Assembly: GCF_006345805.1 (NCBI RefSeq)
Contig: NW_021824690.1
Location: 1-36,451 of the forward strand
Length of the DNA: 36,451 bases
Origin: Octopus sinensis
Taxonomy: Eukaryota
Direction of reading: 5' to 3'
The position numbers and the translations under genes were made by a program. The notes under the pieces are model-generated. The model was not told the DNA's origin and did no database searches. It saw nothing but the letters and a program-made list of their open reading frames with translations. Numbering within the stretch: position 1 is the first letter of the stretch; each line of letters opens with the position of its first letter. Below are positions 11,425 to 21,949 of this stretch, one piece after another.

Positions 11425-11818
11425 AAGAAGAAAAGAAAATGGAAATTGGGAAGTTTTATTATTAACAGCAAAATAGTCATCTTCATTAACAGCTGTTTCA
11501 ATTAATACTCAGTAAATATTAAGTAAATATTAAATTTATATGATCTGAGCATATCTTCGGAGGGAAAAAAATATACCCTTGGATGTTTTATATGTGTTTA
11601 TGGATTCATTATAGCAGTCTGCTATTATGAATCCATAAACAAGCATATAAAACATTTAAGAGTATAGTTTTTTGTTCACTCTGAAGAGATTATGTTCAGA
11701 TCATATAAATTTAATATTTACAGAGTATTAATTGAAACAGCTGTAAGGGAAGATGACTAATTTATTGATAATAACAAGCAATTTGTAACTTCCCAATCTC
11801 CATTTTCTTTTTCTTCTT
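11425..11818. repeat. Imperfect palindrome with ~195-bp arms centred at 11618 (head-to-head pLTR-like pair)
   Basis: ...GATTCATTATAGCAG-T-CTGCTATTATGAATC... centre; arms match out to AAGAAGAAAAGAAAATGG. Confidence 0.9.
11675..11751 (+). ncRNA. Type I hammerhead ribozyme fold
   Basis: UUCACU-CUGAAGA-stem II-GAAAC-AGCU-GUA/AGGGAA; 5 of 6 stem I pairs. The mirror copy in the left arm has CCGAAGA and UUCCCU. Confidence 0.7.
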
Positions 11819-11992
11819 ATCATCATCATCATCATCATCATTTAGCATCCGTTTTCCATGCTAGCATGGGTTGGACGGTTCAACTGGGGTCTGGGGAGCC
11901 CGAAGGCTGCACCAGGCCAGTCAGATCTGGCAGTGTTTCTACAGCTGGATGCCCTTCCTAACGCCAACCACTCCGAGAGTGTAGTGGGTGAT

Positions 11993-13975
11993 TTTATGTG
12001 CCACCGACACAGGTGCCAGACGAGGCTGGAGAAAGGCCACGCTCGGATGGTGTTTTTATGTGCCACCGACACAGGTGCCAGACGAGGCTGGCAGACGGCC
12101 ACGCTCGGATGGTGTTTTTATGTGCCACCGACACAGGTGCCAGATGAGGCTGGCGGACGGCCACGATCGGATGGTGTTTGTTACGTCCCCAAAGCACGGA
12201 GGCCAGTCTATGCGGTACTGGCTACGGCCACGTTCGGATGATTTTCTTGTGTGCCACCGGCACTGGTACCAGAAAGATACAAATTCCATTGATGTTCATC
12301 TATTTTGATTTGTTTTGATTTGATTTTCACTTGCCTCACAGGTCTTCACAAGTGTCACAAGAAGGAAGGTATGCACAGGTGGACTGACTACGTCCCAGGT
12401 AGGGGCCACGGGTTATGGCCTGACTAGTCTTGCCGGGTCTTCGGTTGGTGTTTTTATGTGCCACCGACACAGGTGCCAGATGAGGCTGGCGAACGGCCAC
12501 GATCGGATGGTGTTTGTTATGTGCCCACGTCACAGAGGCCAGTCGATGCGGTACTGGCTACGGCCACGTTCGGATGGTTTTCTTGTGTGCCAACGGTACT
12601 GGTACCACAAAGATACAAATTCCATTGATGTTCATCTATTTTGATTTGGTTTGATTTTGATTTGATTTGATTTTCACTTGCCTCAACAGGTCTACACAAG
12701 TGTCACACACTTGCCTCAACAGGTCTTCACAAGTGTCATAAGTAGGTGTCACACACTTGCCTCAACAGGTCTTCACAAGTGTCATAAGTAGGAAGGTATG
12801 CATAGGTGGACTGACTACGTCGCCGGGTCTTCGGATGGTGTTTTTATGTGCCACCGACACAGGTGCCAGATGAGGCTGGCGAACGGCCACGATCAGATGG
12901 TGTTTGTTGTGCCCACAGCACGGAGGCCAGTCGATGCGGTACTGGCTATGGCCACGTTCGGATGGTTTTCTTGTGTGCCACCGGTACTGGAACCACAAAG
13001 ATACAAATTCCATGATGTTCATCTATTTTGATTTGGATTGATTTGATTTGATTTTCACTTGCCTCAACAGGTCTTCACAAGTGTCACACACACTTGCCTC
13101 AACAGGTCTCCACAAGTGTCACACACTTGCCTCTGCCTCAACAGGTCTTCACAAGTGTCACACACTTGCCTCAACAGGTCTTCACAAGTGTCATAAGAGG
13201 GAAGGTATGCACAGGTGGACGACTACGTCGCCGGGTCTTCGGATGGTGTCTTTATGTGCCACCGACACAGGTGCCAGATGAGGCTGGCGAACGGCCACGA
13301 TCGGATGGTGTGTGTTGTGCCCACAGCACGGAGGCCAGTCGATGCGGTACTGGCTACGGCCACGTTCGGATGGTTTTCTTGTGTGCCACCGGTACTGGAA
13401 CCACAAAGATACAAATTCCATTGATGTTCATCTATTTTGATTTGGTTTGATTTTGATTTTCACTTGCCTCAACAGGTCTTCACAAGTGTCACACTTGCCT
13501 CAACAGGTCTCCACAAGTGTCACACACTTGCCTCTGCCTCAACAGGTCTTCACAAGTGTCACACACTTGCCTCAACAGGTCTTCACAAGTGTCATAAGAG
13601 GGAAGGTATGCACAGGTGGACTGACTACGTCGCCGGGTCTTCGGATGGTGTCTTTATGTGCCACCGACACAGGTGCCAGATGAGGCTGATGAATGGCCAC
13701 GATCGGATGGTGTTTGTTGTGCCCACAGCACGGAGGCCAGTCGATGCGGTACTGGCTACGGCCACGTTTGGGTGGTTTTCTTGTGTGCCACCGGCACTGG
13801 TACCACAAAGAATACAATTCCACTGATGTTCATCTATTTTGATTTGTTTTGATTTGATTTTCACTTGCCTCAACAGGTCTTCATAAGTGTCACAAGAAGG
13901 AAGGTATGCACAGGAGGACTGACTATGTCCCAGGTAGGGGCCACGGGTTATGGCCTGACTAGTCTTGCCGGGTCT
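11993..13975 (-). repeat. Tandem array inside the LINE 3'UTR: 62-bp unit x3, then five 314-408-bp higher-order units with ~27-bp hairpin subrepeats
   Basis: CCACCGACACAGGTGCCAGA at 12001, 12063, 12125, 12461, 12851, 13259, 13661; subrepeat CACTTGCCTCAACAGGTCTTCACAAGTG. Confidence 0.95.
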
Positions 13976-14110
13976 TCTCACGCACAGCATACTTCCATAG
14001 GTCTCGGTCTCTAGACATTTCCTTAGTGAGACCTAAAGTTCGAAGGTCGTGCTTCACCACCTCATCCCAGGTTTTCCTGGGTCTACCTCTTCCACAGGTT
14101 CCCTCAACTG

Positions 14111-15274
14111 CTAGGTGTAGCACTTTTGCACACAACTATCTTCAGCCATTCTCATCACATGACCATACCAGCGCAAACGTCTCTCTTGCACACCACAACT
14201 GACGCTTCTTAGGTTCAACTTTTCTCTCAAGGAACTTACACTCTGACGATTATGAACACTGACATTACACATCCATCGGAGCATACTGGCTTCATTTCTT
14301 GCGAGCTTACGCATATCCTCAGCAGTCACGGCCCATGTTTCACTACCATGTAGCATGGCTGTACGTACACATGCATCATACAGTCTGCCTTTTACTCTGA
14401 GCGAGAGGCCTTTTGTCACCAGCAGGGGTAAGAGCTCTCTAAACTTTGCCCAGGCTATTCTTACTCTAGCAGTTACACTTTCAGCACACCCGCCCCCGCT
14501 ACTGACTTGGTCTCCTAGGTAGCGGAAGCTATCAACTACTTCTAGTTTGTCTCCCTGGAACGTGGCAGAAGTTGGTCTCTGCACATTTCCAGTGTTTATT
14601 GCTCCTGAGCATTTGCCACAGACAAAAACTATTTTCCTAGTTAGCCTTCCTTTGACATTGCTGCACCTCTTATGTGTCCATAGCTTACACTTGGTGCATC
14701 TTATAGAGTTTCTACCTACACCTTTTTTACAGATCGAGCAGGGCCATCTACCTGAAGGCGTATGTGATTGATCTACCTTCCTACTTATCAGGACTTTGGT
14801 TTTGGCTAGGTTGATTCTAAGGCCCTTCGATTCTAATCCTTGTTTCCACACCTGAAACTTCTCCTCCAGTTCTGATAGTGACTCAGCAATTAGAGCAAGG
14901 TCATCAGCATAGAGGAGCTCCCAGGGGCAACCTGTCTTGAATTCCTCCGTTATTGCCTGGAGGACTATGATAAATAGGAGGGGACTGAGGACTGAACCTT
15001 GGTGGACCCCAACCTCTACCCGGAATTCTTCACTGTACTCGTTGCCAACCCTCACCTTACTAGCAGCGTCTCTGTACATGGCTTGCACAGCTCTCACCAA
15101 CCATTCTTCTATCCCTAGTTTCCTCATTGACCACCAGATAAGGGATCGGGGGACCCTGTCAAAGGCTTTCTCCAAGTCAACAAAAGCCAGGTACAAGGGC
15201 TTATCTTTGGCTAGGTATTTCTCCTGCAGCTGTCTTACCAGGAATATAGCATCAGTAGTACTTTTCCCTGGCAC
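14111..15274 (-). CDS. RTE LINE reverse transcriptase segment (frameshifted part of ORF2)
   Basis: FVDLEKAFDRV, GVHQGSVLSPLLF, LLYADD, FRYLG, RRLRWYGHV. The true C-terminus continues out of frame to a TAG at 13959-13961. Confidence 0.95.
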   Translation of the reverse strand: MPGKSTTDAIFLVRQLQEKYLAKDKPLYLAFVDLEKAFDRVPRSLIWWSMRKLGIEEWLVRAVQAMYRDAASKVRVGNEYSEEFRVEVGVHQGSVLSPLLFIIVLQAITEEFKTGCPWELLYADDLALIAESLSELEEKFQVWKQGLESKGLRINLAKTKVLISRKVDQSHTPSGRWPCSICKKGVGRNSIRCTKCKLWTHKRCSNVKGRLTRKIVFVCGKCSGAINTGNVQRPTSATFQGDKLEVVDSFRYLGDQVSSGGGCAESVTARVRIAWAKFRELLPLLVTKGLSLRVKGRLYDACVRTAMLHGSETWAVTAEDMRKLARNEASMLRWMCNVSVHNRQSVSSLREKLNLRSVSCGVQERRLRWYGHVMRMAEDSCVQKCYT

Positions 15275-15490
15275 GAACCCAACTGCATATCATCTAAGCT
15301 AACTCTCTCTCTAATTAGTTGGGCTATAACCCTCTCCGTAACCTTCATTACCTGATCCAGCAGCTTGATGCCCTGTAGTTATTTGTCTCTAGGGCGTCGC
15401 CTTTACCTTTGTAGCAGTTGACTATTATGCTGCTACACCAGTCATTGGGTATGACCCCCTCGTGTATCACCTGGTTAACTATACGGGTGA

Positions 15491-16705
15491 CTAGCTATAG
15501 CCGACACCACCAGATATTTTGAGCATCTCTGCAGTAATTCCTGATGGGCCTGGGGCTTTCCCTGTTTTCATGCTTCTAATTGCCTTATCTACTAAGGAAC
15601 TGTTAACTCGGATTGCTGGTCCCTCTGTTGGGTCGACATTCGGCAGACTCTCTTTATCCCATTCATTTTCTTCATTCAGCAACCTATCATAGTGGCGTCT
15701 CCAAGCCTCTCTCTTTGCATCCTCATTAAGCGCAAGTGAACCGTCATCCTTGCGAACACATTTCTCTCCTACCACGTCACGATTTTCTCTCACACACTGT
15801 CTTGCAACACGAAATACCTCAAGTCTTTCATCCTCACGACGCAGGACATTGGCAAATTTTTCCTTATCCGCCTCCCCTCTGGCTAGATAGACCTGTCTCC
15901 TGGCTTCCCTTCTGGCAGACTGATACACTTCCCTGCTACCACCGTTCTTCCAGGCCTTCCAAGCCTGTTTCTTTTGTCTAATAGCCCTGTCAACAATATT
16001 GTTCCACCACCACGTTATTTTGGGTCTTAAGGGGACTTTGCACCAGCCACAGATCTGGTCAGCGGCTTTTAGCAGGTTGTCCCTCAGAAGCGTCCAGTTG
16101 TCTTCTACCCCATGCGTAGCTATACTCCCTTCCATTTCGTCTAAGGCTTCAAATAACATATCTCTAAATCTCTGTCCATTCACAGGGTCTTTAAGCTTCC
16201 AGACCCTTCTTCTCCATGTTGGTCGTCTTCTAGTCGCCCTCTTAGTCCTGATCCTAAAGTCACTAACTACCAGTCTATGTTGTGGGGTGCATTCTTCACC
16301 TGGGAAGGTTTTGGCTTTTATAAGCAGCCATTTTTCCCTTTTTCTGGCAAGGATGTAGTCGATTTGGCTAGTATGCCGGCCCGATCGGTAGGTGACCAGG
16401 TGGCTTGTCGGTTTCCTGAAGTTAGTGTTGCAAATCATAAGACTATTCGCATCGCAGAACTCCAGCAGCCTGGTTCCCTCCTCGTTGCGGGAACCATAAC
16501 CATAGCCTCCATGCACGCCATGGAAGCCCCCAGCACATCGTCCAACATGCCCATTGAAGTCACCAGCCACAAAGAGAAGGTCCCTGTCGTTCGTCAATGA
16601 TGTGGTCTGCAGTAGGGTGTCATAGAAACAGTCTTTCTGTCCATCAGGTAGCCCTGGCTGAGGGGCATAGGCCGATATAATAGTTGCTAAACTATGATGG
16701 AGCAC
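15491..16705 (-). CDS. RTE LINE apurinic endonuclease (N-terminally truncated) and linker segment
   Basis: SAYAPQ, VAGDFNGHVG, SQIDYIL, QHRLVVSDF, KAPGPSGI; same frame as the RT segment. Confidence 0.95.
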   Translation of the reverse strand: MLHHSLATIISAYAPQPGLPDGQKDCFYDTLLQTTSLTNDRDLLFVAGDFNGHVGRCAGGFHGVHGGYGYGSRNEEGTRLLEFCDANSLMICNTNFRKPTSHLVTYRSGRHTSQIDYILARKREKWLLIKAKTFPGEECTPQHRLVVSDFRIRTKRATRRRPTWRRRVWKLKDPVNGQRFRDMLFEALDEMEGSIATHGVEDNWTLLRDNLLKAADQICGWCKVPLRPKITWWWNNIVDRAIRQKKQAWKAWKNGGSREVYQSARREARRQVYLARGEADKEKFANVLRREDERLEVFRVARQCVRENRDVVGEKCVRKDDGSLALNEDAKREAWRRHYDRLLNEENEWDKESLPNVDPTEGPAIRVNSSLVDKAIRSMKTGKAPGPSGITAEMLKISGGVGYS

Positions 16706-16973
16706 TAATCTAATCTTAATTATTCTGTCACTTACTCTGACTACCTCGATTACCTTATCTACCCATAAAAATATTATTTATATTGTGTTAGAAAGAATAT
16801 CCAATCATAGAAACCTCGCCAAACCAGACATCGATGACCAATGCAGATATTGCAAACCAACACAGCCTCCAGGTTTGTCAGATCCTGTTTAACTCTCCAA
16901 CACATGTTAGCATGGATTACGCATGTTTAATGATATATCATCATTGTCATTTAACATCCATCTTTCATGCATG

Positions 16974-17019
<46 letters not shown>

Positions 17020-17024
<5 letters not shown>

Positions 17025-17140
17025 TCATCATCATCATCATCATCATTTAGCGTCCGCTTTCCATGCTAGCATGGGTTGGACGGTCAACTGGGGTCTGTGA
17101 AGCCAGAAGGCTGCATCAGGCCCAGTCTGATCTGACAGTG
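17020..17140 (-). mobile_element. Short RTE 3'-end fragment
   Basis: (CAT)n TTAGCGTCCGCTTTCCATGCTAGCATGGGTTGGACGG. Confidence 0.85.
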
Positions 17141-18345
17141 TATATATATATATATATATATACCTGTAAATTTCAAATAATTAAAATAAGAGCTCAACAC
17201 TGCATTGGTGGATAAAATTTCTTTATTTGTGTATTAAGTCTACCATTGGTTTCATGTTAAGAAAAATATCTTAGTATCTTTGCAATTCTTCAAGTCAATC
17301 AAATGGAAGAATTGTGTTCATCTCCATACATGCACACATGCATGCACACTCACACACATATATATATATATGCATATATGTACATATGTGTGCATGGGAA
17401 AATATATGAATGTTATTTCACTTCTTATTCTGGGTATCTGATCCCCCTTTTGCTGTTCTTGGAGATATTTAAAGGATAGGGTGTTTATAATATATAGTGT
17501 TGTCTACAATTTATAGATGCACTCTGTAGCACACTTGCTATTCTGAGCATAGTGGTGGAAATATTATCACTTTCTGATAATATAACTGGCTACATTGTAC
17601 TCTCAAGAACATACAGAATGTAAAAAGCATCCCATACCTAAATCAAGAGTCGAAGGTTTGGAACAGGAACAAAAGCAATGCCTATTACCTTTTATAGGAC
17701 ATCTGAGACTGGAGGGGAGAGAGGAATGGAGGGTGGGAGTTACTTCCATGTTAACAGAAGCAATTTTATGAGAGATCCCACAAGTGACCTGACATGCAAG
17801 GGAAGGGAGTGAGTTATTGTTGAGCAAAAGACCTGGTCTGAATGCTTGTGGGGTGCCAGGTGTTAATGTTAAACCAAGCAACAGATCAAATCTACCATCT
17901 CTGTAGGCCATGGCAGGATTTGAACTCAGAATGCAAAAAGTCAGAACAGATATCAATAGGTATCTGGTCCAACATTCTTAAATGTCTTCAAATCCACATA
18001 GGTACATCTTTTCTATTGACCCCAAAAGGATGAAAAAGGTAAAGCTGATATTAGCAGGATTGGAACACAAAGTACCAAAAAAGATAAAATCAACTTCAAC
18101 AGGATTTGAACTCAGAATGCAAAATTGAATCAAACATTGTTACACTCTACCAACTTGGCTAATTCACCAAATATGAAATTTTTATGATATTCCAACATAG
18201 GATCGAAACTAGTTCAACTGATTCCTTCTTTTGTTGTCCATGAAGAAAGTTGTATATAACATCTATGTTGGCTACACTCTGTAGCTGTACCCTGTTGCAC
18301 AGGATGATGTACAAATAGAGTATCAGTCAAGTGCAAAGGGTCAGT

Positions 18346-18574
18346 TTAACCCTCCGACATTCAGATTACTCGCTCTAATGTAATGCTTATCTTATTTACA
18401 TTGTTTTGAATTAATCATGCTTTATCTCATAGCTTTGAGATATCATTGAGGTGATTGTTTATTTATAGAACAACATTTTAGGCTAAGTGTGAGAGGCCAG
18501 ATCCAGTCAATTTTAACACAAAACAAGTCAAATATTTGAACCAGATATGACTGGTTTAAGTGCTAATGGGTTAA
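18346..18574. mobile_element. piggyBac-type MITE (family P2)
   Basis: TTAACCCT...CATTCAGATTAC ... GTGCTAATGGGTTAA; family also at 23128-23355, ~23760-23943, 33170-33360 and 33860-34030. Confidence 0.8.
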
Positions 18575-18633
18575 AGAATACATTAGATGTGCACAGTCTT
18601 GAAAAAATAAACCATGAGATTACTATTTCTGCA

Positions 18634-19345
18634 TTAATCTTTTAGCATTCAGAATACCATAAATCCTCGAGTATGATCCACATTTTTTCCCCAAACTTTA
18701 AAGCTCAAAATCCCTAGTGCGTACTATATACGAGGTTAAAAATGAAAATTATCTTCTAAGCAATGTCCAAGTCTCTATTTGTGAAGTTGGATGTGAAAAT
18801 ACCTTAAGCTAAGCCTAAAAGCAATGAAGTCATAAAAGGATCATCCATAACTTGCAGTAAGCAATATTTATTAAACGTTATTACTGTTATTACTGTTATT
18901 TCTTTATTTTTTGCAAACAAAATGCACAAAAAAGCTACATGTTTGCATTATGTTATATATACAATAATAATGAAAGACGTTACCGTATACATTCTTACAA
19001 ACCAAGGACGTTATATAGACCTCCTTGACTCAAGTTAGAGAAGGGGTGCGTATTATACACAAGGTTTAGGTTTTTCAGAGGTACAGGCCCCTAAAAATCC
19101 CCTGCATATTATACTCAAGGGCAGACTATACTTGAGGATTTACAGTACTCTGTCAAATATAATACTTATTTATCCACATCATTACAGAATTAATCAAGTA
19201 TTATCTAATAGCTTTGAGATTTCAATGATGTGATTAATTAGTTTTAGAGTGACATTGCAGGCTAGGTGTGAGAGTCAGATCTGGCTGGTGTGAACATAGA
19301 ACAGGTAAAATATTTGGGCCAGATATGGCCGGATTAAATGGTTAA
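18634..19345. mobile_element. piggyBac-type MITE (P2) interrupted by a Tc1/pogo-type MITE
   Basis: TTTAGCATTCAGAATA | insert | CTCTGTCAAAT reconstitutes the P2 5' end. Confidence 0.75.
18655..19147. mobile_element. Tc1/pogo-type MITE with TA target duplication
   Basis: TA-CCATAAATCCTCGAGTAT ... ATACTTGAGGATTTACAG-TA. Confidence 0.8.
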
Positions 19346-19389
19346 ATAACAATATCCTTCCCACCAAATCTTTGGTCTTGTGAAAGTTA

Positions 19390-19605
19390 TTAACCACTTC
19401 ATTACCAAATTCATAATTTTAATTGATTTTGAAAATAATGAGGAATTTATTAGAATTACTATCTTTATTAAGCTGATATTTGAAGCATAAATTAACATAA
19501 AACTTTGATGTAAGGTATTTTATAATTTAGATTACCTTTAATTTAGGAAGATTGAATCAAGGAGCCAAGAGGCAGTCTTTGATAGATTGGTATCAATAGG
19601 GTGAA
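19390..19605. mobile_element. piggyBac-type MITE related to 6423-6651
   Basis: TTAACCACTTCATTACC ... GGTATCAATAGGGTGAA. Confidence 0.65.
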
Positions 19606-20067
19606 TCAATAAATGTAATTTAATTTTGTATTTCTTTTATACTTTTTCCCTGCTGTATTTCATTTCTAATTTTAATGTTAAAGTACTGTTGCTGCTGCTG
19701 TTGTTGCTGCTGCTGCAGTTGATGTTGCTGCTGCTGCTGCTGTTACTATTGCTGCTGTTGCTGCTGCTGCTGTTGTTTAGGTCCAAGTCATCCCTAATTA
19801 AGCAGACCTATGATCAAAGACCTTCCTGCAACCATCCTATTGTTTCTTTATACACAGGGAATCCAAAAGTTATCTGCCTCTTTTATTACTGGGGTGGAAT
19901 TTTGAGAATGGTTTGGTTGCTATTTCTAGTAAATTGAACAACTGCTGTGAGGCTCCTCTGGCTTGTGCTAATATAGGTGAGATATTTTGATGTGTGTGTG
20001 TGTATGGGGGGAGGTATAATTGTTTTTACAGCTGAATGCTCTTTGTCACAACTCAACCATAAAATGG

Positions 20068-20100
20068 GAGTGGCACCTGCTGTGACAGCAGGTGCCACTC
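20068..20100. repeat. Perfect 16-bp inverted repeat with 1-nt spacer
   Basis: GAGTGGCACCTGCTGT-G-ACAGCAGGTGCCACTC. Confidence 0.95.
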
Positions 20101-20331
20101 AAAGAGTGTAACATGAACCTGCATGTCTGAAGTTCTAAAGTGTGTTACAGTTATCACTTAGCTGATCATTTTTTCAGTGACTTTGAGGGAGGAATATTTT
20201 CTTCAGGAATAAAAGCTTCAATGTAGAACCCAGCCACATCAATTCCACAAAATTTAGCACAAACATTTTCTAATAAGAAGTGGAATACATTAGGAAGTAG
20301 TCCAAACTGAAAATACATAGCCTGCCTCATT

Positions 20332-20393
<62 letters not shown>

Positions 20394-20608
20394 CCTTTCT
20401 ACTGAAGGCACAAGGCCGGAAATTTGAGGGGAGGGAACTAGTCGATTACATCAACCCCAGTCCTTGACTGGTACTTAATTTATTGACTCCGAAAGGATGA
20501 AAGGCAAAGTCAACCTTGGTGGAATTTGAACTCAGAACATAGCAATGGGTGAAATAACCGTTAAGCATTTTGCTTGGCATGCAAACGATTCTGCCAGCTC
20601 ACCACCTT
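20332..20608 (-). mobile_element. tRNA-derived SINE (family B) with (TTA)n tail
   Basis: Head GAGCTGGCAGAATCGTT; B-box GAGTTCAAATTCC; tail tract at 20332-20392. Confidence 0.85.
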
Positions 20609-21162
20609 GTTGCTGTTGTTGATGATGATGATGATGAGGAGGAGGAGAAGGAGGAGGGAACTCAGAACACACAAACTTCTGCCAAGGAAACACCAGTGTC
20701 CTCTCAGCAATTAGCCAGAGATGATTTTTAAAACGAGAATATCTGAAATAAACTCGAATGCTCTCACAAACAAGAATACAAAAAATGAACCCGATCGCTC
20801 TCAAAAATTAAGCTAAAAAAAACGGATAAATAACCTGGAATCCTTGTCCAGTACCAGGCTGGTCCCAATGGTGGTCATGGAATGTGAAGGTAGCTGTAGA
20901 AAATTTAGTAACAGTAATAAATAGTTTATTCTTTTCTAATACAAACCAAAGTTAACAAATTCACCATTCAAAATAATTTCAAAGGTGGAGGTAATAATAA
21001 TAAGTTCTACTCAGGAATTGTTAAATGAACAGCATGAGACCTTTTGGTTTTCTATTCTCTTAAATTCCAGCCTTCCTTTAGTATCCCTGTTGTTTTAGAC
21101 CAATGTATAGATGTATGTATAAATGTAAGTATACTGTAAAGTCTTAATATATATGTATACTA

Positions 21163-21480
21163 TATCACGTGATCACATGACCGTGACCGACCAGACCATC
21201 AGATGTTGTTACACATCGCTGGTCACAATGCGTTCACATTGTTTTAGCCTTCGAATGATGCCACCCCACTGGCTAAGCCAGCAGGCCAACAGGAGAAAGA
21301 GTGGGAGAAAGTTGTGGCTAAAGAGTACAGCAGGGATCACCACCACCCCCTGCCAGAGCTTCATGGATCTTTTAGGTGTTTTCGCTCAATAAACACTCAC
21401 AACGCCCGGCCAGAGAATCGAAACCGCAATCCTATGACCGCGAGTCCGCTGCCCTAACCACTGGGCCATTGCACCTCCAC
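21163..21480 (-). mobile_element. tRNA-derived SINE (family C)
   Basis: Head GGTGCAATGGCCCAGTGGTTAGGGCAGCGGACTCGCGG...GGTTTCGATTC with A/B boxes. Confidence 0.85.
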
Positions 21481-21704
21481 ATGTATACTATATATACTAT
21501 AAAAATATGTTAGTGTTATTTAATTTCTGAACGGTTTTGCTGCCGTTTATTTACGTAGTTTGATTTCTTTATCCATCAGTTTCTACTCAGACAGAGACGC
21601 GAATAGAATTAATAATAGAGAAACGAAAATAAAACTTTTTAAACAGCCTAAAGGGGGAAATTGAAAAAGACTTCAAACTTAACATAAGATCTTTATCATG
21701 TAAA

Positions 21705-21707
<3 letters not shown>

Positions 21708-21736
<29 letters not shown>

Positions 21737-21838
21737 CATTATTATTATTATTATTATTATTCAGGTCACTGCCTGGAATCAAACTCGGAATCTTGGAGTT
21801 AGTAGCCCATGCTTTTAACCACTATGCCATGTGCCCGT
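21708..21838 (-). mobile_element. tRNA-like head plus (AAT)n of the HHR-tailed element family
   Basis: GGGCACATGGCATAGTGGTTAAAAGC...GAGTTTGATTCCAGGCAGTGACCTGAATAATAAT: A box TGGCATAGTGG, B box GAGTTTGATTCC. Confidence 0.75.
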
Positions 21839-21949
21839 AAATATTGTAAATAATGTACATAATTCCTCATTTCTTTAGATATAGAAGTTCAGCCCTTATG
21901 AGTCGGTGTGACTCAAGAAGGTACCTTTACCTTTCTTTTTAGCTGCTTA

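Larger units (their letters stand above)
11819..16765 (-). mobile_element. 5'-truncated RTE-clade LINE with (GAT)n tail and tandemly amplified 3'UTR
   Basis: APE and RT motifs; tail ...CATGCTAGCATGGAAAACGGATGCTAAA(TGA)n. Homology starts at WVDKVIEVVRVSDRII (~16765). No TSD seen. Confidence 0.95.

Noticed and set aside
11842-13990. Many overlapping 60-130 aa ORFs; CRISPR-like periodicity
   Set aside because: They arise from GC-richer LINE 3'UTR tandem repeats; there are no unique spacers, and the DNA is eukaryotic with no cas genes.
11800-16790. Target-site duplication for the large LINE
   Set aside because: Flanks (TTTTCTTCTT vs TAAAAATATT) do not match.
17430-17620. Hydrophobic stretch resembling voltage-sensor S2-S4 (FLEIF...FIDALCSTLAILSIVVEIL...SRTYR)
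   Set aside because: In-frame stops upstream, weak donor and no regular S4 arginine series; resemblance is likely chance, though a TBLASTN would settle it.
20166-20311. Minus-strand exon candidate FGLLPNVFHF...SLKK
   Set aside because: Short pyrimidine tract abutting a SINE tail, no donor before the stop, no recognisable homology.
21760-21838. tRNA gene
   Set aside because: Acceptor and anticodon stems are imperfect, and it runs into (AAT)n shared with repeat copies, so it is a SINE-type head. The same applies to the other tRNA-like heads.
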